Positions 18,424 to 28,133 of a DNA stretch of 64,000 nucleotides are shown in pieces (the first letter of the stretch is position 1; every line of letters starts with the position of its first letter). The position numbers were made by a program, and so were the translations under genes. The notes beneath the pieces are model-generated. The model saw only the letters and a list, made by a program, of their open reading frames with translations, made no database searches and had not been told where the DNA came from. Origin of the DNA: a virus; the IMG/VR virus record IMGVR_UViG_3300021185_002720, positions 8,149 to 72,148 of that record. One strand, written 5' to 3'.

Positions 18424-18726
18424 ATGAAACTATTTTTTATTATTTTACTTGCTGTAGCAGTAGCTGCAGTAGTAGTATGGGTAGGAACGAAGTATTTCGG
18501 ACTTGCACCAGACAAAGACAAAGACGGCATTCCAGACAAAGTTGAAGATGCAGCTGAGAAAGTAAAGGCTACAACTAAAACTGTTAAAAGAAGAGCCAAG
18601 AGAGTTAAAGAAGAAGTTAAAGATGTAGTAGAAGAGATCAAGGACGTGATTGATCAAACTAAAGACATCAAAGGAGCAGTTCAAGGTAAGCCTCGTAGAG
18701 GTAGAAAGCCAAAAGCTAAAAAATAA
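18424..18726 (+). CDS. membrane-anchored Lys-rich protein
   Basis: N-terminal TM segment, DKDKDGIPD motif, basic tail. Confidence 0.65.
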   Translation: MKLFFIILLAVAVAAVVVWVGTKYFGLAPDKDKDGIPDKVEDAAEKVKATTKTVKRRAKRVKEEVKDVVEEIKDVIDQTKDIKGAVQGKPRRGRKPKAKK

Positions 18727-18729
18727 GCT

Positions 18730-18951
18730 ATGCAGCAGCAATTAAATGTTGACTTTTCTCAAACAACTCCGGTCATATGTGAAGAATGTGCAAACCCGTT
18801 CTTTACACAAAACCTCGTCATCCGACAAGTCCCTGGACTTCTCTCAGGACAGCGAGAACCCTCATATATCCCTATCCCAGTCTTCAGCTGTACCAAATGT
18901 GGACACGTCAATGAAGCATTTCAGCCAAAAGAAGGAAAAACATTGGATTAA
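18730..18951 (+). CDS. zinc-ribbon protein
   Basis: CEEC...CTKCGH. Confidence 0.65.
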   Translation: MQQQLNVDFSQTTPVICEECANPFFTQNLVIRQVPGLLSGQREPSYIPIPVFSCTKCGHVNEAFQPKEGKTLD

Positions 18952-18986
18952 ATATTCAGGTTTACAAGGAGAGATTTATGATACAG

Positions 18987-19014
18987 AAGGGCCCAAATAA
19001 GGGTCCTTTTTTTT
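18987..19014 (+). terminator. rho-independent terminator
   Basis: aagggccc-aaataa-gggtcctt followed by a T run. Confidence 0.75.
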
Positions 19015-19189
19015 ATGCCCTTTTCTCACTAATTTAGTATAGCTTTTACTCAAACCTGTATATTTATTATTAGAATGCCGGTTAAGTCGATAAAGGTAAC
19101 CAAAAAGTCGATAAACCAATCTAATCGTTCTACATAAATTTTCTACGTTAATCGTTTTATAATTGTTGCAGTCGCAAAGCAGTAATTAT

Positions 19190-19660
19190 ATGAGACTATT
19201 ATTATTTTTATTAAGTCTCCTATTCAGTTTCTCAATCTTTGGACAAGAGATAAAAATAGGTGATGTAAGTAACAATATCGAATTAGGTAACCTAGCTGGT
19301 AACAGAGACTTAGCATTTGGTGTTAAGAATGTACTAGAAGAAGTCATCCAAGACTACGGGTATGACCTAAACCCAAACTCAAATAATATACTGGAAGTAG
19401 AATTGCTTTACTTTGATGTTCAACAGAACAATTTTCAAATAGCAGCCTACGGAAAAAATATCGATATCTATCAGATCATCGCCAGAGGCGTATATTCTAT
19501 AGACGGTAAAAAGAAGAAAAAAGCAGTAGCTAAAGGAACAGCAAAATCTATTTCTACAGCTACATTAATAATTGATAAGGGAGGTAAGTTTTCACAGGCT
19601 AACGTCTCGACAGCAATAAAAAAACTCTGTGAAGATTTAATACGTAAACTAAAACTATGA
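19190..19660 (+). CDS. exported protein (signal peptide)
   Basis: MRLLLFLLSLLFSFSIFG/Q signal peptide. Confidence 0.65.
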   Translation: MRLLLFLLSLLFSFSIFGQEIKIGDVSNNIELGNLAGNRDLAFGVKNVLEEVIQDYGYDLNPNSNNILEVELLYFDVQQNNFQIAAYGKNIDIYQIIARGVYSIDGKKKKKAVAKGTAKSISTATLIIDKGGKFSQANVSTAIKKLCEDLIRKLKL

Positions 19661-21345
19661 TGAAAAAATTATTATTTTTATTATTATTATTGCCAACGAT
19701 AGCTCTAGGACAGACCTTTGTAGTTGGTATGAACTCCGGTGCTGATGCAGACGTGGGTGAAGAAATTGAACTTAAATTTGAATTGTTTCCTGAATCAGGA
19801 CAATCAACTATGCCGGCTACATTTTTACGATTTGATGTTCAATGGAACAATAAATTACTTGAATATGTTAGCCATACATTAGATCCTTTAAATAAATTAA
19901 CTAGCGAGCAATCAGCTAGAACTCATTGGGATGGGTATAAATTTAACCAGGATATGGACTATAGTTCATCTAATTTATATAGACATTTCTTATGGTGGAA
20001 CGGAGGAGCAGCTCAAGCTGGTTCAAGTTCATACCCTACAAATAGTGACTTCTCAGTTGATAGGTTTACTATTCAAGCATCAGAAGACATTAATTTATAT
20101 GATGCTGTATTGCATATGAAATTTAAAGTATTAGATAGACAAGGTACTAACTATCAAAACTATTCTGGAGCTTTTCAAATTAACTGGGCTCAATTGGAAG
20201 ATAATAGAGATGGTACGGTACACCAACTTGGTTCTACTAATCACCAAATTGGATTAGATCCAGGAGGAGTAGGAGCAGGAGATGTTACTTTAAACTTAAC
20301 TATACCTACAGATTATAAAGCAGATTATAAATATAATATATATCTTGCAAGTCAAGTAGAGGAAACAGATTATGATGGTGATGGAACTAACGATGGATTA
20401 GAGCCTAAAGAAGGAGAGCAGCCTTTTGCTGTAGGTACCTTTAATGGCAATGGTACTGCTTCTCTTGCTACATTAACATTAGACGAGGAAGTATGGGTAC
20501 ACACTTATGTAGACGGTACTCCAGATTGGTTAGATGATGTAGTAACAGTAACAGATGTTTATAAAGCATTTCAATTCGCATTAGGTTCTACTGGTGGACC
20601 TGGAGGAGGAGCTGCTAACTGGGAGCATGAAGTACAAGCTATATTAGGAGAAGTAACTAACGATAATGTAGTAAACTTTGATGATTCTTATGAACTACTT
20701 GCTCATGTAAATGGAGTAGAGACAAGTGCTAATGTATCTTCTAAAGCAAATGGAGCTTTTAACTTCTCATCATTGATGGATAAGTACGGAGATATATCTG
20801 AATTTATGAGTGCTCGTACTTTTACTGCTACAGATGATAATAAGACATTTACTATAGGACATGGACTAAGAGGAGATTTAGATTTCTCTCACTCAACAGT
20901 TCCTACTTTTACCTCATCTGATGCTCAATCAACTTCAGCTAGAAATGCACAAGCATTTTCTATTATATCTAACAGATCAGTAGAAACAGAAACTATCGAT
21001 TTAACATCATCACTTGTCGACGGTCAAGTAATCGTAGATGTAAATTTAGACACAGCTGGACTAGTTGGATCTCAGTTTAAAATTGTATTTGATAATAACA
21101 TACTAACTTTAGATGATATCATATACGATACAGGATCTAATATGACTAACTTTGGTACGGTAAAAGGTAACGTAGTATCATTTGGTTCATTAGATTACGC
21201 TGGTGATGTATCAGTAAATACAGGAAGACCTTATAGGTTAGTCTTTACACCAAACGAAAATATAACAAACACAGCAGGACTGGTAAGCTTTAAAATCATA
21301 GAAGGAGTTAAAGCAGACGGAACTAAAGTTAAATTCCAATACTAA
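19657..21345 (+). CDS. exported cohesin/dockerin-like domain protein
   Basis: Signal peptide; cohesin-like FDVQWNNKLLEYV and QFKIVFDNNILTL; Ca-loop/dockerin-like DYDGDG, VTVTD, NDNVVNFDD. Confidence 0.55.
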   Translation: MMKKLLFLLLLLPTIALGQTFVVGMNSGADADVGEEIELKFELFPESGQSTMPATFLRFDVQWNNKLLEYVSHTLDPLNKLTSEQSARTHWDGYKFNQDMDYSSSNLYRHFLWWNGGAAQAGSSSYPTNSDFSVDRFTIQASEDINLYDAVLHMKFKVLDRQGTNYQNYSGAFQINWAQLEDNRDGTVHQLGSTNHQIGLDPGGVGAGDVTLNLTIPTDYKADYKYNIYLASQVEETDYDGDGTNDGLEPKEGEQPFAVGTFNGNGTASLATLTLDEEVWVHTYVDGTPDWLDDVVTVTDVYKAFQFALGSTGGPGGGAANWEHEVQAILGEVTNDNVVNFDDSYELLAHVNGVETSANVSSKANGAFNFSSLMDKYGDISEFMSARTFTATDDNKTFTIGHGLRGDLDFSHSTVPTFTSSDAQSTSARNAQAFSIISNRSVETETIDLTSSLVDGQVIVDVNLDTAGLVGSQFKIVFDNNILTLDDIIYDTGSNMTNFGTVKGNVVSFGSLDYAGDVSVNTGRPYRLVFTPNENITNTAGLVSFKIIEGVKADGTKVKFQY

Positions 21346-21350
21346 ATAAT

Positions 21351-21725
21351 ATGAAAAAAATAACAACATTACTAGCATTACTTGTCCTATTAGGATGTGC
21401 TAAAGACGAATTAGAATTTGAAGCACCTTTTAACGAAGTACCAGATGCATTGCAAATATTAGATCCAATCGGTCTAAAATTAGAAAGCGCTATTGTAACT
21501 AACAAAGTAGCAATCAATGCTAAGTTTGACGTAGAAGGTAGCTATAGAATAAAGATAATTGATATAAGTGGTAAAGTAGTATCACAGGATAAAATTACAG
21601 CAACAGCTGGTGATAACTTACTTAACATTTATACTACAGCTCTTGATAAAAGTTCTTATCAAGTCTATATAACAGATAACTTTAATAATGTATTAGGAAT
21701 AGAGTCCTTTACTATGATAGATTAA
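21351..21725 (+). CDS. lipoprotein with T9SS C-terminal-domain-like fold
   Basis: Lipobox LLGC; YRIKIIDISGKVV...NIYTTALDKSSYQVYI. Confidence 0.55.
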   Translation: MKKITTLLALLVLLGCAKDELEFEAPFNEVPDALQILDPIGLKLESAIVTNKVAINAKFDVEGSYRIKIIDISGKVVSQDKITATAGDNLLNIYTTALDKSSYQVYITDNFNNVLGIESFTMID

Positions 21726-21727
21726 CT

Positions 21728-21991
21728 ATGGCAGAAAAAGATAACACATTTGGAGAAATAAAAAAAGCAATAATAGGGGTCGTAACCCTAGCTATTACTA
21801 CTGCAGGTGGACTTTTTATTGCTAATATGGAAAATATCTTCAAATCAGAAGATAAGAAAGAAATTGTAACTGATGTAGATACTAACGAATCTACAAAAGA
21901 TACGATTGTTGTATTCTCGCAGCAAAAAAAGGAACCTGAAGTTGTCGCAAAACCTCAGGCTCCCGTAAAAGAGGAAAAATACGAGTGGTAA
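21728..21991 (+). CDS. single-TM protein
   Basis: Hydrophobic segment AIIGVVTLAITTAGGLFI. Confidence 0.6.
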   Translation: MAEKDNTFGEIKKAIIGVVTLAITTAGGLFIANMENIFKSEDKKEIVTDVDTNESTKDTIVVFSQQKKEPEVVAKPQAPVKEEKYEW

Positions 21992-22010
21992 CCTTTAAAA
22001 ATTAAAAACT

Positions 22011-22238
22011 ATGATTAACGTAATTAACTTTTTCGCATCTCCCTTCATATCAATATATGAAGAAATATTCGAACAGCCAACTTTATTATGGAAAATTTGG
22101 CATTCTTTTTTGCTACTATGGGTAAGTAGCTTATTTTTATTATTCGTTGTTGGATGGACTTTTTTGGTATTTAACTTAATAACCAATCCTAGTTCATTCG
22201 AAAACGCTACGTTCGGGGTCTTCGATACACTTGGTTAA
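22011..22238 (+). CDS. membrane protein
   Basis: Hydrophobic ORF within the operon. Confidence 0.5.
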   Translation: MINVINFFASPFISIYEEIFEQPTLLWKIWHSFLLLWVSSLFLLFVVGWTFLVFNLITNPSSFENATFGVFDTLG

Positions 22239-22947
22239 GAAGATACTTCTTGTACTATTACTAAGTACAGGATTTATAAATGGACAAGTCGTAGGAAAGA
22301 CCACTACTGAGGATTATCAGGCTGAATTCGAAAGACAGGCCTCGTTATTTTCGATACCAGAATACTTTGGTGATCCAGTACCAGTAGCTCTACTCAACGT
22401 AGGTATTACAGATGATATATTAATTCAGTATCCTGAACTAGGAGACTATAGAGTTGGACTAGGTTTAACAAATATAACTGTTGCTTTCTTAGATGAAACA
22501 TTCAGATTTGAATTTGTTGAAACTAAAGATGCTATCAAAGAAAGAATGATAGTTCAATTCAAAGCTTCCCAGAAAGGGTTTACTGCTAATGAGATTGAGA
22601 TTAGAGGAAAGATAACTCTTGCAGCATATTTTGCTTATGTAGAGATATATGATTTTTCTATATCTGAAGATGAAACTATTAATTTAAAAGACGGAGTAAA
22701 AAATACTCTTGTGACCAGACTTGGACTTCAAGTTAAAATGGTCGATGCACAAACCGGACTATATATGACAGGCTCCGGATTAGGACTCGCAACAACTACT
22801 AGAGAGGTAACTCTCCTTAATGATCAAAACTTAGATGAAGTTCAGTTTAATTCCTCATCAATTGGAATTAGTACTAGAAAGGCATTAGAGACAGCAGTTG
22901 CTAAAATAGTGAAGCGTATGATACGCAAGAAAATATTTGATCACTAA
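22231..22947 (+). CDS. CsgG/HfaB-like outer-membrane channel family protein
   Basis: Signal peptide; LDETFRFEFVE, EIYDFSISE, RLGLQVKMVDAQTG resemble CsgG-family motifs. Confidence 0.6.
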   Translation: MVKKILLVLLLSTGFINGQVVGKTTTEDYQAEFERQASLFSIPEYFGDPVPVALLNVGITDDILIQYPELGDYRVGLGLTNITVAFLDETFRFEFVETKDAIKERMIVQFKASQKGFTANEIEIRGKITLAAYFAYVEIYDFSISEDETINLKDGVKNTLVTRLGLQVKMVDAQTGLYMTGSGLGLATTTREVTLLNDQNLDEVQFNSSSIGISTRKALETAVAKIVKRMIRKKIFDH

Positions 22948-22952
22948 GGGTT

Positions 22953-24689
22953 ATGAGATGGTTACTATTCATAGTAATTGCTGCGATGGGGATGTTCGAG
23001 GGTCATAGTCAGACCCTCGTTCAAACCTATACTGATAGATGTACCGGAGAGGTAAAAGTATTCTCTGTTCAAATGGGAGGCCAAACAGTGGTCGCTTATT
23101 ATAATAAATCGAGAGTATTTACTTCTACTGAATTTACTAACGGTACTTTACAAGCATGGCTAGAAGAAACTTATTCTTGGTTTCAAGCTTTATCACCATG
23201 CTCCTCTGGGAATGCTAATTCTCAAACAACTCAACAGACAACAAATCAAGCAACAACAAATGCTACAAATGCAGCTAATAACGCTACATCTGGAGCAACT
23301 CAAAATACCGGAACAACAAATACCGGAACAACAAATACTAACACAGGCAATGGAAGCACAGGAAATACAGGATCAAGTGGAGGAACAGGAGGTTCTTCTG
23401 GATCAGGCAATTCAGGAAGCAGCGGAAGCAGCTCCGGTAATAACGGAGGAGGATCAGGCTCTGGGGGCAGCGATGGCTCAGGAGGCAATTCAGGATCTTC
23501 TGACAACAGTGGCTCAGGAGGAAATGATTCCGGAAACGGTGGAGGAGGAGACTCTTCTGGCGGCAGCGATTCAGGAGGGAGTGACGATTCAGGTGGGTCT
23601 GATAGCTCGGGTGATAACGGTGGTTCGTCAGATTCAGATAACTCTTCTGGGGATGGAGATAGCAGCGATGATAATTCGTCAGGAGGAGAAGAAAGCGATT
23701 CAGGCGGTGAAGGAGAAGAAAATAAAGACGATTCGAAAAATGAGGAAAGTAAGGATGAAAAGTCTGATGAAAAGTCTGAAGAGAAATCTGAAGAAAAAGA
23801 AAAAGAAGAAGAAGTAGAAGAAGAAAAGAAAGAAGAAAAAGAAGAGGAAAAAGAAGAAGAAAAGAAAGAAGATAAAGAAGAAGAAGAGGAAGAGGAAAAA
23901 AAGGAAGATAGTAAAGAAGAGGAAGAGGAAGAAGAAGAGGAGGAGAAAGAAAAGACTTTAGCACCACCAATCGTAACTGCTAATTTAGTTACTATGCAAA
24001 TGATGGATGGTGTATTGCAACAAGCAGCTTCATTTGGATACTCACAATCTTCTTTAACCGGAAGAGAAACATACTCAGCTAATGCTATGGTATGGTCTAA
24101 CCTTAAGCAATTTAGTTTAAACCTTTCACAGAGTACTGTATACTTTAATTACGATAGAGAAGTTCCTGTAATGGTACTGGATCCTGAAACAGGAAAGAAG
24201 TATAAATTTGGTAGCTATATGGACAAAGGATCCATAATGATGGTACAATCAGTCTCAGCTGGCTATATGAAGATGTTTTCAACTCATGTTGTTACAGCAG
24301 GTATAAGTAATGTATATTTAGGTCAGAAAGAAAATGGTTGGAAAGGATTCGTAGGTGGATTTGCTTTAACTAGTATGGGAGTATTTTTAGAAGGCGGTGA
24401 AAAAATAGCTACTATGTCAATTACTGGATTTGCTACTAAACCATTTAACGTTAAAGATAGAGTAGTAATATCCCCTATGGTAGCCTATTCTCATTCTCCT
24501 ATGACTTATGCTGTAAAAGCTAAAACAGCAACTTGGACTGAATACGGTACATATATTTTAGGTAGTAACTTTGACTTTAAACTTTCTCAGAGGTTTAATG
24601 CAAATATAGGAGGAACAGTTATTGGAAATACTCAACCAGGTATACCAATGTCTTATGCTATAACCGTTGGATCACGATTTCAATTCTAA
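22953..24689 (+). CDS. exported protein with G/S/N- and E/K-rich linker and C-terminal beta-barrel-like domain
   Basis: Signal peptide, long low-complexity stalk, amphipathic strands ending in GSRFQF (terminal Phe). Confidence 0.6.
   Translation: MRWLLFIVIAAMGMFEGHSQTLVQTYTDRCTGEVKVFSVQMGGQTVVAYYNKSRVFTSTEFTNGTLQAWLEETYSWFQALSPCSSGNANSQTTQQTTNQATTNATNAANNATSGATQNTGTTNTGTTNTNTGNGSTGNTGSSGGTGGSSGSGNSGSSGSSSGNNGGGSGSGGSDGSGGNSGSSDNSGSGGNDSGNGGGGDSSGGSDSGGSDDSGGSDSSGDNGGSSDSDNSSGDGDSSDDNSSGGEESDSGGEGEENKDDSKNEESKDEKSDEKSEEKSEEKEKEEEVEEEKKEEKEEEKEEEKKEDKEEEEEEEKKEDSKEEEEEEEEEEKEKTLAPPIVTANLVTMQMMDGVLQQAASFGYSQSSLTGRETYSANAMVWSNLKQFSLNLSQSTVYFNYDREVPVMVLDPETGKKYKFGSYMDKGSIMMVQSVSAGYMKMFSTHVVTAGISNVYLGQKENGWKGFVGGFALTSMGVFLEGGEKIATMSITGFATKPFNVKDRVVISPMVAYSHSPMTYAVKAKTATWTEYGTYILGSNFDFKLSQRFNANIGGTVIGNTQPGIPMSYAITVGSRFQF
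23220..23955 (+). repeat. low-complexity coding tract (T/N-rich, then G/S/D-rich, then GAA-rich E/K)
   Basis: Directly visible in DNA and translation. Confidence 0.85.
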
Positions 24690-24731
24690 CAACTATTTAT
24701 ATAAAAGAACGTTTCACTTAAATTGTTATTT

Positions 24732-24989
24732 ATGTTTAAAAATTTAAAACGTAAATGGATGGCTTTTAAAGACATATTCAAAGATGAAAATGATATCAAC
24801 GAAAAATCAGTAGTTGGTTTCGCAGCATTTGTAATAATGGTATTATTCGCATGTGCTGATTTATTAACTGGTTATCTAGGTAAAGACCTAGTTATAAATG
24901 AATTTATCTATAACTCCTTTGTATGGGTAGTTTTAGGTGCTTTCGGAATTGCTGAAGCTGGTAAAGCATTCGGGCAAAGAAATAAATAA
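24732..24989 (+). CDS. holin-like membrane protein
   Basis: Two TM segments, immediately upstream of the putative endolysin; alternative ATG at 24759. Confidence 0.5.
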   Translation: MFKNLKRKWMAFKDIFKDENDINEKSVVGFAAFVIMVLFACADLLTGYLGKDLVINEFIYNSFVWVVLGAFGIAEAGKAFGQRNK

Positions 24990-24991
24990 GT

Positions 24992-25600
24992 ATGTATACA
25001 TTAGAACAAATAAAAAAAGCAGTTAGATCAAAAGGATATGTTTGGTTTGACTCTACGAAAGGATACGATGTAAATATCGTAGGAGTAAGAAACTCATCAA
25101 CTAATAATAGAATTACAAATAGATTTGACGATCATGTAACTATATCATTTGTTGATTTCGATGGTAACTGGCAGTTTAAATGCTATGAAGCAACTACTGA
25201 TCCAGGAACACATTGGACAGAAAATTTACTAAACCCTGATGGAGTAGCTATTCTTAAACCTGGACAATATAGAGGTTCACATAAGATTAGATTACACGCA
25301 GGTAAGTATGAAGCATTAGGTCAGAAGAAACCATTAAAAGTATATAGAGATGGTGATAAAGATAATGAGTATGACTTAATTGAAGAGAATGTTAAGGAAG
25401 GTATCTACGGAATTAATATTCATAGAGCTACTGCTAAGGAAGGTGGTAAATCTATTAGAGTAGACAAATGGTCTGCTGGGTGTCAAGTAATTGCAGCTAA
25501 TTCTGATTTCAAAGAATTTATGGAAATCTGTCATGAAGCTAAGAATATATGGGGGAACTCATTTACTTACACATTAATAGAATCGAAAGATATCGTCTAA
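24992..25600 (+). CDS. putative endolysin (YkuD/L,D-transpeptidase-like catalytic motif)
   Basis: TTDPG, PGQY, GINIH...WSAGCQV (His...Ser-x-Gly-Cys). Confidence 0.6.
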   Translation: MYTLEQIKKAVRSKGYVWFDSTKGYDVNIVGVRNSSTNNRITNRFDDHVTISFVDFDGNWQFKCYEATTDPGTHWTENLLNPDGVAILKPGQYRGSHKIRLHAGKYEALGQKKPLKVYRDGDKDNEYDLIEENVKEGIYGINIHRATAKEGGKSIRVDKWSAGCQVIAANSDFKEFMEICHEAKNIWGNSFTYTLIESKDIV

Positions 25601-25638
25601 TAGTTGCTCGTTTAAATTAAATTTCTTATATTGTAGTT

Positions 25639-26010
25639 ATGAATGTACAACGACCACAAGGTTTACAAGGTTATCTATTGTTTGCTATCCTAGGAGGATT
25701 TGTAGCTTGGATGGTTTGGGGACAACCTAAAATAGAAGTAGACGTTGAATCTTATCAGCTTAAAATTGAGCTGTTAGAGAGGAAGATAGATTCCATTAAG
25801 GTAGAGAACTCAGGATTAAAAGTAGAAGCTGACTCTCTTAACCTTAAGATAGGAGAATACGATAGTAAAATCAAAAAATTAAATTCAAGAATTTATGTTA
25901 TTAAAAAGGAGACTAAGCAAAAGCTTGACGCTGTTGATAATCTTGTCGATGATGAGCTTCAAAGCTTTTTCACAGAACGCTACCGACAGTACCAGGATTC
26001 AATTAACTAA
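25639..26010 (+). CDS. TM plus coiled-coil protein (i-spanin-like)
   Basis: N-terminal TM, heptad repeats, located after the lysin. Confidence 0.5.
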   Translation: MNVQRPQGLQGYLLFAILGGFVAWMVWGQPKIEVDVESYQLKIELLERKIDSIKVENSGLKVEADSLNLKIGEYDSKIKKLNSRIYVIKKETKQKLDAVDNLVDDELQSFFTERYRQYQDSIN

Positions 26011-26323
26011 GCCTATAGCTAAGTTAGTTATTAAAGATCTTATACAGTTCGATGGTTTGTCTACTGAAATGCAAACTATGCAAACTATTCTATCAGAGAC
26101 TAACAATAAACTAGTAACGCAGAACCAATTAGTAGTTAATTTACAGCTACAAAACAATAATTTAGAGTCTGTAATTAGAGAATTAAACAAAAAATACGAT
26201 ACTCAATCTTCATTAACTAAAGATTTTGAAGTGGCTCTTAAGCGGCAAAAGAGACAATCAACTATTTATAAGATAGGAACTACTGTTGGAGCAGTAGCGA
26301 CTCTTTTATTATTAGTGCAATGA
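25895..26323 (+). CDS. exported coiled-coil protein overlapping the previous gene (spanin-like partner)
   Basis: Signal peptide-like N-terminus, coiled coil, hydrophobic C-terminus. Confidence 0.45.
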   Translation: MLLKRRLSKSLTLLIILSMMSFKAFSQNATDSTRIQLTKPIAKLVIKDLIQFDGLSTEMQTMQTILSETNNKLVTQNQLVVNLQLQNNNLESVIRELNKKYDTQSSLTKDFEVALKRQKRQSTIYKIGTTVGAVATLLLLVQ

Positions 26324-27501
26324 TAAACAAAATCAGACGTAATTTTTTTCCGTCGATAATAGCATTATCTGCTTTATCGGTGTCTGCCTCTGCTGCCTTT
26401 TATTCGGTAAGTGGGCTAAGTAAACTATTTGCTGGAGCTACATTTGAGGTAATAATTATGGCTGGTTCTTTAGAGGTGGCTAAACTAGTCACTGCTTCTC
26501 TTCTATATCAGCACTGGAATACTATAAATAAACTTCTTAGAACGTATCTCTCCATTGCTACTATTATATTAGTACTAATTACTAGTATGGGTATATACGG
26601 CTTTCTAAGTGCAGCATATCAAGAAACTTATCAAAAGTTAACTGTACAAGAGAATCAAATAGAATTCTTAGAAAACAAAGCTAAATTTTATGAAGATGAT
26701 GTTACAAGGTATGATCAAGAACTTGAAAGAATCTCTAATAACATTTCTACTCTCAGTGGTGCTAAGGCAACCTCAATCCAGGTACGGGACACATCGGCTG
26801 TGGGCGGTGTTAGATCCACAGTATCCACAGCTGAGTTACGCTTGGCACAAAGTCGTATCAATGTTGAAGAAGAAAATAGGACGGCTGTTAATGTGAAAAG
26901 AACTGTAGCTGCTGACAGCTTACAGACAATTAAGTTAGAGATACTATCTTTACAGAACAATGCGGATACAGTAGGAGAATTAGGTCCTTTACAGTATCTA
27001 TCAGGTCTTACAGGTACTCCTATGGATAAGATCATTAACATCCTACTTCTTATTATTATATTTGTCTTTGATCCTTTAGCTATATCCTTAGTTATAGCAG
27101 CTAACTTTGCATTCGATCAAGCTAATAGAAAGAATCTATATGATGAGTATGAAGATGAGATAGAAGATGACTTGTGGGACGATGATCCGTATGATGATAT
27201 TAATGATATAGAGGTTGACACTGAAGAAGTACTTCCAGATGAAGCAAGAGGGGTTAAACCTCCTAAAGAAGATCCTTTATCAAATTACGATGAAGAAGCT
27301 GAAAGAAGAATGGACATAGTTGGGCAAAACGGTAATGAAGGAGAACATTATGACGAGGAAGTTATCGTAGTCGATTCTAAAGACGGTCCTGCACAACCTG
27401 TTAAAATCTTACAGAAAGGTCCTTCAATACACAGAGTACTCTTTAGCGATGGCTCTGAAAAAAAAGTTAATAAAGATGATAATATTATTAGATACCTGTA
27501 G
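26320..27501 (+). CDS. multi-TM coiled-coil membrane protein
   Basis: AAFYSVSGL, LEVAKLV, GIYGFLS, IIFVFDPLA; acidic tail. Confidence 0.7.
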   Translation: MINKIRRNFFPSIIALSALSVSASAAFYSVSGLSKLFAGATFEVIIMAGSLEVAKLVTASLLYQHWNTINKLLRTYLSIATIILVLITSMGIYGFLSAAYQETYQKLTVQENQIEFLENKAKFYEDDVTRYDQELERISNNISTLSGAKATSIQVRDTSAVGGVRSTVSTAELRLAQSRINVEEENRTAVNVKRTVAADSLQTIKLEILSLQNNADTVGELGPLQYLSGLTGTPMDKIINILLLIIIFVFDPLAISLVIAANFAFDQANRKNLYDEYEDEIEDDLWDDDPYDDINDIEVDTEEVLPDEARGVKPPKEDPLSNYDEEAERRMDIVGQNGNEGEHYDEEVIVVDSKDGPAQPVKILQKGPSIHRVLFSDGSEKKVNKDDNIIRYL

Positions 27502-27550
27502 GTTATCTTAAATATTTTTCTTATCTTTATATAAACACTAAATTTTTGTT

Positions 27551-27769
27551 ATGGCACAATACAGAGTTATTAAGATGCTTCGAAAGACCTTTGAAGCACA
27601 GAAAGAAAAGGCACTTATGACATTCGATCTTCTTACAGAAAGCCCAGCAGGGATAGGAGATCATTCTACTACAGATTTTTATAACAACGCAGAAGAAGCA
27701 GCTAGAGCATTAGCTGAAGCTGATGACGTATTACAAACCCTTGAAAGATATTACAGCAACAATGAGTGA
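27551..27769 (+). CDS. conserved small phage protein
   Basis: PAGIGDHS helical-hairpin motif. Confidence 0.6.
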   Translation: MAQYRVIKMLRKTFEAQKEKALMTFDLLTESPAGIGDHSTTDFYNNAEEAARALAEADDVLQTLERYYSNNE

Positions 27770-28133
27770 TAGAGAAATAATGAATGCTAAGAATCCTCCT
27801 TCAGCAAGAGAAATTCTAAAAGAAGAGTACCCTACAATCTATAACGGCTATCAGTCTATTATCGATGAACAGTTTGAACTATTTGCCAGAAAGCATCTAG
27901 ACTATGGTATGCATAATGTAAGTGCAGGCACCAATCTAGATAACTCCGACGAAGTAGAATTTGCAATGACTGGTTTATGGTATAGACTTTCAGATAAGAT
28001 TAACAGATGGAAGAATATGATCATTTCAGGTCGTAAAGCTCAAAACGAAACACTAATAGATACTTTTCAAGACGTTACTAACTACGGTATCATAGCTCAG
28101 TTAGTTAAGAGAGGTATGTGGAAAAACGATTAA
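27762..28133 (+). CDS. nucleotide modification-associated domain 1 (DUF1599-like) protein
   Basis: FARKHLDYG, RLSDKINR, ETLIDTFQDVTNYGII. Confidence 0.75.
   Translation: MSDREIMNAKNPPSAREILKEEYPTIYNGYQSIIDEQFELFARKHLDYGMHNVSAGTNLDNSDEVEFAMTGLWYRLSDKINRWKNMIISGRKAQNETLIDTFQDVTNYGIIAQLVKRGMWKND

Noticed and set aside
18746-19000. 84-aa ORF overlapping the zinc-ribbon gene
   Set aside because: It is an alternative frame that runs into the terminator; the CxxC-containing frame is better supported.
23212-23970. Long alternative ORFs (23212-23817 +, 23338-23970 -, 23300-23506 -)
   Set aside because: They are by-products of the low-complexity tract in 22953-24689.
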